DNA of 64,000 nucleotides from Geosiphon pyriformis uo1 (lineage: Eukaryota > Fungi > Glomeromycota), in the NCBI GenBank assembly GCA_016748015.1, contig JAAOMT010000436.1, forward strand, positions 754,033 to 818,032, read 5' to 3'. Under the pieces are notes generated by a model. That model had not been told where the DNA came from. It ran no database searches and was given only the letters and a program-made list of their open reading frames with translations. The translations under genes were made by a program, and so were the position numbers. Positions 40,364-52,473 of this stretch are shown in pieces. Within the stretch, counting starts at the first letter, position 1, and the number at the start of each line of letters is the position of its first letter.

Positions 40364-43334
40364 TATTACCAGAAGATTTTCACACCTTTCAATGCAAAAA
40401 TTACAACACATACAATGAAAATTAACATCAAAATCATGCGAAAAAGACTTACATTATTGCACTTAATTAACAAAATCAGCCAGCAATCTGAAAATAAATA
40501 ATCAGTAATCAATCCAATTACAACAAAGAAATATGGCACAATTCAACAATTTAACTAAGTTGGACACAAAAAAATCTTGGCAAATGAAAAAACACCAATG
40601 GAAATGAATGATTGATACATGTAATCAGATAACAACAGGTTTTGTTATGCTTCAAAATTCTTATACATCCTTATTAGAACAATTTAACATTTCAGATCTG
40701 TAATCAATAGTTAAAAGTAGTTACCAAGAAATGTAATCAATTGATCTACTTCTGATTATGTTGATCATAATTACAATTGATATCATTAATTTACAATCAA
40801 TGTTCTAGATTCAGCCATCTAAAATCTGATCATCTAAATTACTAGCTTTTGGATAAATAACAGGCTGAGTAAGCTCATCATGAATTGATTAATTAAATGT
40901 ATATAAATAATTAATGTATTTTAAATAGTTCTAATATAATATATAGATCTGATGTAATTTAGCTATATATACAGCCTCTTTGTCAGCTCAGAAAAGCATC
41001 AGTTCAATACTGAGCCAACTCTTTGCTATAGTTTTATAGTGAGCAATTAGTCTTTTTCTCTATCTCTCACTCTTTTTTTTTCTCTTTTTCTATGCTCTAA
41101 ATACTTGTCATCACAATTTCAAGTATGCTTTCCCATATTCCTTATCACTATTTGGAATTATGTTATTTAGAACTTCTTATTTACTTGCTAACAAAATCAT
41201 CAAGCTTTCTATTACTTCTGATCTTTCAAATTATGTGTTATCACCATTTCACATTAAGTCTTGTTTCACTGAACAAGTTGTTATAATATTAAAATAAGTA
41301 ATAAAGTATCATGTTGTTAGAGAGTGGTCTCAACAATAAAAAGTTTAAATCTATTTCAGTTATGTTTTGCTCTTACAATCTTTTATAATTCCTATAACTT
41401 CATTTTCAAAGCAGGCATTTGAATATCACACCCTTTTGACAACTAATTAAAAGAATTCTGGTTATGATTTTTTTAAGTAGTTTTGGTTTCTGCTTGTTGC
41501 TGGTTGCACTTCTAATACATATAAAGAGATATAACTTCTTTTTTCCCTTTTAAAATACCTAAGACTGGTTCTTGCCCAAAAACAAACAATAATAACAATA
41601 CTTTCTTTCACTTTTAATAACATTATTACGTACCCTTTTTTGCTTTCCCACTTACTGAAATAGTTCATACACCCATAATATGCTATAGTTCATAGCATAA
41701 TTATAATAATGTGTGTTCCAGGTGAAAGTTATTGTCGTTGCTAAGAAGTTATAAATTCGTAGCTTTCACTTGGTAACATATGGTGCCTTTTGTTGTCAGT
41801 ATGGAAACAACTATGAACATTTTAATGATTTTTAGATATCTCAAAGAACTTCGATCTTCCCTAGAGAGAAAGAAAAATTTAACAATTTACAAGAGCTCAT
41901 TTTTCAAAGATAGAGAAAATGTTACTGGAAGATTTTCACATCTTTCAATGCAAAAATTACAACATATACAATGGAAATTAACATCAAAATCATGCGAAAA
42001 AGGCCTATATCATTGCACTTAATCAACAAAATTAGCTGGCAATCTGAAAATAAATGATCAGCAATCAATTCAATTACAACAAAGAAATATGGCACAATTC
42101 AACAATTTAACTAAGTTGGACACAAAAAAATCTTGGCAAATGAAAAAACACCAATGGAAATGAATGATTGATACATGTAATCAGATAACAACAGGTTTTG
42201 TTATGCTTCAAAATTCTTATACATCCTTATTAGAACAATTTAACATTTCAGATCTGTAATCAATAGTTAAAAGTAGTTACCAAGAAATGTAATCAATTGA
42301 TCTACTTCTGATTATGTTGATCATAATTACAATTGGTATTATTGATTTACAATCAATGTTCTAGATTCAGTCATCTAAAATCTGATCATCTAAATTACTA
42401 GCTCTTAAATAAATAACAGGCCGAGTAAGCTCATCATGAATTGATTAATTAAATGTATATAAATAATTAATGTATTTTAAATAGTTCTAATATAATATGT
42501 AGATCTGATGTAATTTAGCTATATATACAGCCTCTTTGTCAGCTCAAAAAAGCATCATTTCAATACTGAGCTAACTCTTTGCTATAGTTTTATAATGAAC
42601 AGTTAGTCTTTTTCTCTATCTTCTACTCTTTTTTTTTCTCTTTTTCTATGCTCTAAATACTTGTTATCACAATCTCAAGTATGTCTTCCCATATTCCTTA
42701 TCACTATTTGGAATCATGTTATTTAGAACTTCTTATTTACTTGCTAACAAAATCATCAAGCTTTTTATTACTTCTGATCTTTTAAATTATGTGTTATTAC
42801 CATTTCACATTAAGTCTTGTTTCACTGAACAAGTTGTTATAATATTAAAATAAGTAATAAAGTATCATGTTGTTAGAGAGTGGTCTCAACAATAAAAAGT
42901 TTAAATCTATTTCAGTTATGTTTTGCTCTTACAATCTTTTATAATTCCTATAACTTCATTTTTAAAGCAGGCATTTGAATATCACACTCTTTTGACAACT
43001 AATTAAAAGAATTCTGGTTATGATTTTCTTAAGTAGTTTTGGTTTCTGCTTGTTGCTGGTTGCACTTCTGATACATATAAAGAGATGTAACTTCTTTTTT
43101 CCCTTTTAAAATACCTAAGACTGGTTCTTGCCCAAAAACAAACAATAATGACAATACTTTCTTTCACTTTTAATGACATTATCACGTACCCTTTTTTGCT
43201 CTCCCACTTACTGAAATAGTTCATATACCCATAATATGCTATAGTTCATAGCATAATCATAATAATGTGTGTTTTAGGTAAAAGTTATTGTCATTGCTAA
43301 GAAGTTACAAATCCATAGCTTTCACCCAGTAACA
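40364..43334 (+). mobile_element. Non-autonomous LTR element: two 1415-bp LTRs (40364-41778, 41920-43334) flanking a 141-bp internal region
   Basis: T(A/G)TTAC...GTAACA termini on both repeats; PBS-like TGGTGCC at 41781; purine tract before 41920; TSD TCAT/CCAT; the empty site is seen in copy 1 near 2995-3010. Confidence 0.93.
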
Positions 43335-43472
43335 CCATCTACCAGTAATATTTCACAATTAGGAGTACAGAGAATACTAATACAATCAGATAAGATTCCA
43401 TGAGATCTGGAACCAATTATTATTATTAGACTAAACATGTAAAATTGAACAATAAAAAGAGTATATAAAGAC

Positions 43473-44141
43473 ATGGTAAACATAATAGAAGACTCCAAAA
43501 AAATGGAAATTACCAACAACATTCACTCACTAGCACAACAACTCTTTCAATTGATTCAACAACAAGAAATGGAAATTACAATCAATCAACAAACCATCAA
43601 ATACACAAACACTAGAAAAAAACCACAGGATAAAATATGGAGGAAAACAGAAAACACTGTTGACAAAATAATGGCAAAAATGAAACTAGTAATAGAAACA
43701 CAACCCAAAGTCATCCAATATTAAGAGTTGAATATAGAAACATGGAATTGGTGAATACAACAATTTCCAAGAAACTTTTGTTACTTTTACTTGGGACAAC
43801 ATATGAACATTTAGAATCTATGCATAGATAAGACAAAATAATTATTTGACACAACAATACTACAACAACTGGAACAATTTGTGGAGAAAAACAATTTAAT
43901 CACACAAGCAAAAGCCATTTATTGGCTACATACTGGATTTTAAGATCAGCTAGAAATCTTGCTCAACATTGAAATGAACACTGTTACTGTCAACCAAATG
44001 GGAAAATTAACCAATGCCCAATTTAAAGAATTACAAAACAAGATAACACAAATAATTCTCAGAAAAGAAGTTCAAGAACTACTCAAAAATGGAGAATTAG
44101 AACTAAGAAATTTGGGAAATCTTGATGAAACTCAATATTAA
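43473..44141 (+). pseudogene. ORF3 of the Gypsy element (~220 codons, unknown function)
   Basis: ORFs 43473-43724 and 43959-44141 are in the same frame; the stop at 43722 is CAA in copy 1; the ORF ends at the PPT. Confidence 0.82.
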
Positions 44142-44155
44142 AAAGGAGAGAATAA

Positions 44156-45030
44156 TGTTACTCATAGAATATAAAAAGAATACTAGCATAAATTAGCCAA
44201 TCAAAAGTAAGCACAGTAAATGTGGAATTCCAGGATTCCTCTTAGAGAAATTGCAAGATTTTAGGAATTTTAGAATTCTCATACAAGAAATTGCAGGATT
44301 CCAGAATTCCAGGATTCCTCTTAAAGAAATTGCAGGATTCCAGAAATTCCAGGATTCCTGGTGTGAAGAATTGAGGAATTGAGAAATTTCAATTATGTAT
44401 ATATAGTAGTAGTGCTAAAAGTAGAAAAGACAAAATATTTTAGTTAAAGATCTCTCAGTTTAGATTTGATCTAAGCAACTTTCTATTCACAAATATTAAA
44501 TAAATAATTATCCACTATCTTAATCCACCCTTTACTATCAACACTTTATGTTAATAGTGATTGATACTTAAAAACACTGGAACAATAGCTCTTGATCACG
44601 ACTATTGATAGAATACTAACTTGTAATTGCTTTCACTTATTTCTTTATCTTTTTCTTTATTTTTATTTTCTTTCTTGTTGTGATCTTATTGTTGTGTACT
44701 AATTGATTAAAGATTAAAGCACTGAATTATTAACATCATGAATAGTCTGGTAAAAGACCCAGAAATAAGGATAAGAATATATATATTAATGGATAGCTTA
44801 CTAGAAGAACACAACTACCAGATTAAACCGACCACTATGCTGAAGACAGAAATTAAAAAAACAACTTACCAATCACATTGTCATCAAATCTTTGTCTATT
44901 ATACAAAAAACTCAACTCTAAAACTTTTAGATACAATTAATATACCAGTATTACTAGCATTATCAAGATATTGAGCACCAAGTTATGGATTTGTTATTTG
45001 ATTTGAGACCCTAAATAATCATCTATAACA
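44156..45030 (+). repeat. 3' LTR (875 bp)
   Basis: PPT AAAAAGGAGAGAA, then TGTTAC...ATAACA. Confidence 0.95.
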
Positions 45031-48000
45031 GCAGCAAAAAAAAAACATCTCATTATTATTCTTAATTCTGTCTGTTTTGGCCACAAACTTAGTATTAATT
45101 CAATATCTGCACAAATGTTCATGTTTTTTAACTTTACATAAAAGTAGATTATAAAAATTTTTTAAAAAAAAGGTAAAAAAACTTCTCTTTAATCCAATTT
45201 ATTATGTATTTTATAGCCATTTGAAAGCCCAAAGTTGGTTATTATTCTATTAATTTTACCCTCATGTATGCTGCCAAAAATTTTTACAAACTAATCATAT
45301 ATCTTAATTTATTATAAACTAGTCTTTAAGTAATATTATTTAACTAAATTAAATGTTTTGTGTATATTTTACAGGATTAACCAAAATTTTCTATTCTTTT
45401 AAAACATTTTTAATTACAAACTCAATAGCAAATACAAAAGACTAAGTTAAAATATTTTTTAATATTAAAAAACTATTATCATATAAAACATTAAACTTGT
45501 TATATACAGCTAAAATTTGATCAGAAAAAAATTTAAAAAGAATTTTTCTGATTGTTTCAATTAAAGCAATAAGTCAAGTGTTTATTAAAATTTTATTCTA
45601 ATTATATAACTTGGAAATTATTAAAATATAAGCTCTTTTCCATAGAACAGGAACATCACTAAAAGACAGACATATATTTAGCAATTCTAGAAGAAATTTT
45701 ATTATACTACTACTACTATATTTCTAAAGTTTATTGGAGATATTAAACAATTCAATAGTCTTATTATTAGGTAGATTATTAATTACCAAGAGTAATTCTT
45801 TCATACTGATCTTTTTTATTACTTTGAAAAAAGTATTGTTACTTATATAGTTTAATAGTACATATTGACAAGTTTAAAGATTAGGCATTACCAAAAACAC
45901 AGTCTACTTTTTTGTTCAATTTTTTATAATTTTGTCAACATTAAGCTTTACTTTTTCTGGTTCTAAAACCAATTTATTCTCTATTATTAAGTAGTCCAGA
46001 GCTACTTTGTAAAAAGACCAGTCTAGTACACTTTTTATTATGCTTTCTTTATTAAAACAAAAATTTTTCATGTACTTCTTAATTGGTTTCTTGATATATG
46101 TTTTTTTAGCCAATTTTAACTTATACAATTTGAATTTTTTGTATTTTTTATGGACAATTAACAAATATTTAAAAATATTTGTTAACATTAAACTATTTTG
46201 AACTATTTTCATGACTTTGAAAGCCTTATTACTATTTAAAATCGATCATTTTTTAGCAAAATAATTGAATTTAAGCATGTTATTAAAGTTCAACTTCTTA
46301 GCAATCTTAGCAATTAGCAATTCCAATCCAAAAAACTTAGAAAAATGTTTGTTTTTTAAACACTAAAACTTATTAAATTAATGTTTAGAAAATATTTTAT
46401 CAACAGATTCCACCATTATTTTACTTAATAACTCTTATATAATATTTAAATTTTTACAAGTTTTTGCTTCTAAAAACTCATTTGTTATTAACAAATATTT
46501 AACAAAAGAGTATTTCTTAAATTATATTTACTTGGTACTATTTGTATCTTTAATTTTGAACTTTTAGTAATCTTTATTAGCTTGCATATATAAACTATTT
46601 AACAAATATCTAATAAGCTACTTAGACCAACTATTATTGAAATCATTTTGTAATTAGTATCAAAAAATTCAGATATTGATTCAACTTTATAACTAGTAAC
46701 TGCAGAAAACAAGTCTTTATTCACAAAAATGTAATCAATAACTTTTTCAACACCCCTTAAATTGCTCTAAGTAGAGATTTTAATCAATAGATGTCTATCA
46801 AATAAGTTGACCAAACCCAAATCCAAACAGAACTTAAAACTTGTACTTTTTTGAATTTATTTTTGTTGAAATTCTTATTTAAAACCACAAAATTGCTGGA
46901 GTTAACTGTTTTAGCAATAAAAAAGTTGATTTTCAAAGTCTAAATGAACTTAACTTCAGCAAAAGCACCAGCATATAAACCCAAAACCATAACTGAAAGT
47001 TTGTTTTTAAAAAAAAGCTGCACTAAGATAACACAACCAGAAACTTTTTTTATTTTAGAAATATGTCAAGCCAAAAAACTGTTCATAATAATAGCCACTC
47101 TAGCATTAAAAAAAACTCTTATTCAAATCAGATGTAAAAACTTGTATTTCATTAAACTTATTTACAATTAATAATTTAATATTAGATCTTAATTTTGTTT
47201 TTGTAATAATAGAGATCATATTACTCAACTTTTTATGCCAATAAACAATATTTTTTGCTTAGCAAAAACATTGATGTCTTAGATATTACATATAACAAAT
47301 TTTCATACCAAATTAATTATTGAAATGAAAAAAACAACAAAAAACTTAAGCCAGAACACAATTAATTTAATCTTTTTAAAACTGAACTAATAGAGATCTT
47401 AAAAACAACCATTTTTAATTCTAAGCCACCAACTTTGGTGGTTAAAATCTTTAAACTACTTAAACTCAAATTTGATAACTTATTTTTTGCAACTGATAAA
47501 GATAAAAGAGATAATATTAATAAGCCATCCAAAATCATATCCAAATCCAAATCCAAATTCAAATTTAATAATATAGATACAACAAAAAAAAAAGATTGAA
47601 AAACAAATATTAAGAGCATCAAATTCATATTGCTTAATTTTTACACAATATCTAATACTTAATCAATCAAAAGTTCTAAGAAGTATTCCAAAGAAGCCAA
47701 GTGAACACCAATAAATAAATTATCTTAAACAACCAAAAGATTTTCTTTAACATATAATATATTAGAAAAAAAAAATTCAAAACCAAAGTAAGTATCATTA
47801 AAAGAAGTAGCAAGTAAAATTATCTGTGTCCAAAATTTGCCATTAAAGATAATAAAACAGAAAATAGAAACATATTTCTTAATGTACAATCTGGTTAACT
47901 GAAAATAATTTTTTCTGAAGCAATTTTTTTATGAATATTTTTGGAAGGCAAAATAGATGCACCTAATATATTACACTTCAAAACCAAATATTTAAAATGT

Positions 48001-49285
48001 TCACACTTCTTACAATAAACCAAACTTAATCTGGCCTATAAGAATTTTACACTATCAAAAACTGGTTTTATACAAAAAACAGTTTCTAGTTCCTTATCTG
48101 TTTTAAAACCAATTATAGCATAATAAATTCTATTGCCAGTTTTCAATAATTAATTAATAATGCAAGTTTTCTTACCAACTTTGTTCAAAAGAGTATCAAA
48201 ATTATGAACAATTATACCTATAGACAAAATAAATAAGAATACTCTAAAATAATTTCTAATCATTCAAATATTCCAATTTTTCACAATTTTTATTATATAT
48301 ACTGAATTTTTATTAATTAAGAAAAACTACTTAAATATTAATTAGTTAGCTTGATTTGATTTGGCAAATTTTATTATAGTTTTCTGCTATAGTTTAATAA
48401 ATTATAATTTAATAAATACAATTTAACCAAACTTGGATACCATAATGATGATTGTTTTTTTTGGTGTATTTATAAAAATTTTTTGATTATTATAGTCCAA
48501 TCTAAATAATATTTTTGTTTCTTAACATCATTGTTTATGATAATTTTTTTTTCCTAAGCCAATAATAAAGCCTTTTTTAGACTTTTTTTTAATGTAAATA
48601 TTAATTTAATAATTTTTTCAAATTTTGAAAGAGTAATAGTCTTCTCTAAAACTATTGATTAATGGAAAAAAATGTTTGATAAACTGAGTTTTTACTATTG
48701 CTAATTTGTCTTTTATTACTAAAAAGTTAATATCTAAAGCAAATAATTTCTTAACAATCATTTCTATTTAAATCTTAATAATTTTTGGATTAATTCATCC
48801 TTTGTCTAAAGAGATATTAAGAAGAAGTGAAAAAGACCTGATTTTTTTTTTATGTTAAAGTTAAAAAAACCAAAAAAAAAGTTATAAATTATTATAATAT
48901 CAAATTTTTTGGCTTTGGGAATAGTAGCAGTTAAATCTAAGAGTGACTTATTATTAATATTATTCATAATAATACTATTTTTACCACTATTAAATTTATT
49001 ATCTATATTCAAATACATATTATTTAAAATTAACCAATAATATGTTTTTATTATTATTAAAGTGCTTAATATTACCAAGAACAACTCTTTTTTTCTATAA
49101 AAAAAAAGCCACCAGCAGAACTATAAAAAGTCTTTTTGGGCACTTTTTTTTTAGACATATTACTATTTGAAGTAGCTTTTAAGTCTATAACAAAAAAGTT
49201 ACTAAGTTGAAAAATATTAAAAGAAAATAACAAAAAAAACAAAAAACTTTTTTTTTAAAAATAAGCTCTTTAAGAAATTTTGGAT
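45031..49285 (-). mobile_element. 5' half of the split LINE (5' UTR, ORF1, APE, RT N-terminus)
   Basis: ORF 47362-47628 (KILTTKVGGLELKMV) is the ORF1 C-terminus; 45916-46212 is the ORF2 linker; the 5' end matches 8385-8600; it rejoins 31991 across the TSD. Confidence 0.92.
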
Positions 49286-49299
49286 ATAGGAGAAAAAAA

Positions 49300-50226
49300 A
49301 GTTTTTATTAAAATTTAATATTAATTATTTTTATTTTTATTATTAATTAACATATATCAAATATTATTTTAATTATTACTTATTATTTAATTAAATTATT
49401 AAATATTACTAATTAAATTAATAACTCAATTTATATAATAAAAAATAAAATGATTAAATTACACAATATCTCAAACTATATAATATTCAAAAATTTGCCA
49501 AAATTTGTCAAAATTTGTAAAATATCTTAATAATTTACCAAAATTATTCATACTTTGTTAAAATATATCTTTAATTTATTAGAATTATAGCAAAAAGAAA
49601 AAGTTCAAATTCATAAACTAGTACTATAACAAGTTTTATAAAAGAAGAGCTTCTTTTTTCAAGAAAATATATTTAAGTTAGAATCAATTATTTTATACAT
49701 ATCTTTACAAAAAAACAAATAAAAATTAAATATTTTAAAAACCCAACTTTTTTAAATAATTATACTTGATATTTTCCAAAACCCAACTAACATTTTTGAA
49801 ATTAATTAATTACTAATTTTAGTAAATTGATTAGTGATTTCAAGCTTAGACAGAAAACAATTTCCTTAACAAAATTTTATTTTTTTCTTTACATTTTTTT
49901 TATTTTTTTATTATAATCATTAAGATAGCTTATAAATAAGATTTTTGTAGAAAAATTAACTTTTACAACAAAGTAATTACACATTTTTAATAAGTTTTTA
50001 GATAAGCAATTTTTGGAAAAAAGTTGATATTTACTACAATATAATTATATAAAGCAACTAATACAGAATTGACTATTCTACTTATAAGTTCAGCAGTTCA
50101 AATTATTTTCTATAATTTGAAAATAAATTTAGTTATTAGAAGTTTAACTGCTTCCAAAAAACGTGAATTTACAATAAACAGATATTAACAACATTTAAAA
50201 AAAAAGACCAAAACTCTTCAGTAATA
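49300..50226 (+). mobile_element. Eroded LTR of the same family as the solo LTR at 3474-4479
   Basis: Colinear similarity (atgattaaattacacaat..., aaaacgtgaattt..., aaaagaccaaaactcttcagtaata); left end obscured by the LINE 5' end. Confidence 0.85.
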
Positions 50227-51529
50227 ACAGCTTTATTTATATTTAAATTAAGATTAACAGATTAATGCTTTTAAAAAGCAATTAACTAAGTATAAACATT
50301 ATTATTAAGAAAATTATCACAACTTTTTATATAATTAGTATTAAAGCTATATTTAAATTTAATTTAAATTATATTTATAAAAATTTTACTTAAAAGTTTA
50401 TTTAAAACAAATATTTTATCTTAAACAATAACAAATATATTTTTAAGTTTTATATATAAAACAGAAAAAATAATCAACAAAATAATAATTAGAGTAATTA
50501 AAAAACCAATTAGTTTAACAATAAACTTAATTAAAATAATTAAATTAAAAATTAAAAATTCTAAAGAATTTAATTTATTATTAATCACAAAACTAATTAT
50601 AAAAACAGCCAAAGATACAACAATAAAAAAAACAAAAAAACAAAAATGCTAACATATAATTTTATATTAACAAAAAACAAATTAAAAATCTTAAAGTTAT
50701 TAATAAACTTAATAAAAAACTTAATAAAAAGAAGTAAAAACATTTTATAATCTAAAAACAATACAATATTTATATAAAGTGCTAGTTTTTACAATAACTA
50801 AATATAAAATCTTTAAAAACTTAAAAATTACAACAATAAAAGATTAATAATAAGAATTAAAAGAATAAAAAATAAAACATATACAGTTGTCAACTTAAAA
50901 ATTCAAATTATAAATTTTAAAGACAATATAACCAAAAAAAATTAATTAATTTAATTTTAAATCTATTTTTTAAAATGATAATTTTTCTTTAATTAAGCAA
51001 AAAAAAGATTTTAATATTGTTTTTTTAATTAATAAAAATTAATAAATAAAAACAGCAACAACAAAAAAAAAGTTTTTAAAATAAACAATAACATATTATT
51101 ATAAACCAACAAGCTTTAACTTAATTAAATTGACAATACTAAAAATATTAAAAGTATTTTTAATATTATTAAAAAATATGTTAAAAAAAATATTATAAAA
51201 TATAATAGAAAAAAAAATCTTTACAAAAAATTTTGCAATCTTAAATATAGTTAAAAAAAAATTACTGATAAAATTTTAATAACAGTAATCAAAAAAATCG
51301 TAAAAGTAAAATTTACATAAAACAGTTTTATATTATTTTATAAAATTAACTTAAATTAAGTTTTTAAGATTAGTATTTACAATAATAATAATATTATTAT
51401 TAACTAATTTTATAATTTTAATATATTAGATTTAAATATAAATATTGTTTAAATAATTTTTTGATTACTTTTAATTTTTTTAAAAAACTTATTATTAATT
51501 ACTAAAAAATTAATATTTAAAACATAAAA

Positions 51530-52365
51530 TTTTTTTATTTTTTTATTTATTAATAAGTACAGTTCAACTATTATTTAGTATACAGAAACAAGAATGTGAA
51601 TTTAATTAAATATAATTTATGTGCTTACTACATATGACCAGTCACTTAGGTTAATTCAAACAATACTATATATCTATATAAACTTTTATATTATTATTAA
51701 TATCTAAAAAAAATTTGCATGTCTTATGCAAACTAAAACTAATAGCAAAAACTCAATAATACCAAATAACTAAATAATATTTTTAGACAAAAAGCTTAAC
51801 ATATTACACAAAACTGCAGAAACCAATCTAATATTGCTAATTAGATGATCTTTTTTTATATTTATTCTAAACTTAATTCTAAATAATCACAACTTATTCT
51901 GATGTTTCTTAGCTAAATTATAAATAAAACCAATAATTATCAACACTGTTTTTTTTCTATTTTCAAAGATTAAAGCTGTTTCATCCATTTAATCTCTAAA
52001 AACAAAGTCTTTACATAAAACTGTATAGATACCAACATCTGAAATTCCAAAAAAGAGTATACATAATACTATAAAAAAAAATAAGGAAAAATTATTTGCC
52101 AAAAATTTTTATAAATTTACATAACTTAATAATCTACCAAAATGTACACAGTCTCTTTTAAATAAGTAAAAATGTGATTTGGTAATTTAATATTATTACA
52201 TAATAAACAAAGCACATCTAAATAATTTTTATTATAAAGTTTCTTTTTTACAGCTGTTAATAATCTTTTATGAATCATTTTTATCAAATATATATAAAAA
52301 GCAGTCAAAGTTTTGTTTGTAAATTTTAACAGCATATAAAAATTCAAATGCTATATAATTTTTTA
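51530..52365 (-). mobile_element. Eroded LINE 3' fragment
   Basis: ORF 52126-52347 (YLIKMIHKRL...CLLC...NHIFT) matches the ORF2 zf region; 3' UTR motif at 51610-51668. Confidence 0.85.
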
Positions 52366-52473
52366 ATAAGAATTTTAACTTTAACTTTTAAAAAAAAATT
52401 ATTAAATTATTATTATTATTAATAAATTTATTTTATTTAAAAATATTATAATTATATTTTTAATTATAATTTT

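Larger units (their letters stand above)
31992..45030 (+). mobile_element. Complete Ty3/Gypsy LTR retrotransposon, copy 2 (~10 kb plus a 3-kb nested insert), pseudogenised
   Basis: LTRs 31992-32816 and 44156-45030; 4-bp TSD GCAA/GCAG; PBS; PPT; domain order gag-PR-dUTPase-RT-RH-INT. Confidence 0.97.

Noticed and set aside
41462-41668. 68-aa minus-strand ORF present in both giant LTRs (also 43018-43224)
   Set aside because: Its presence twice follows from LTR duplication; it is short, has no recognisable motif and no independent evidence of coding.
40364-41778. Hammerhead ribozyme (retrozyme) in the non-autonomous element
   Set aside because: No CUGAnGA core followed by stem II and GAAA was found by eye on either strand. 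C>T erosion could hide one, so an Infernal search on a consensus is still needed.
43473-44141. ORF3 as an envelope gene
   Set aside because: No signal peptide, transmembrane segment or Cys pattern is visible.
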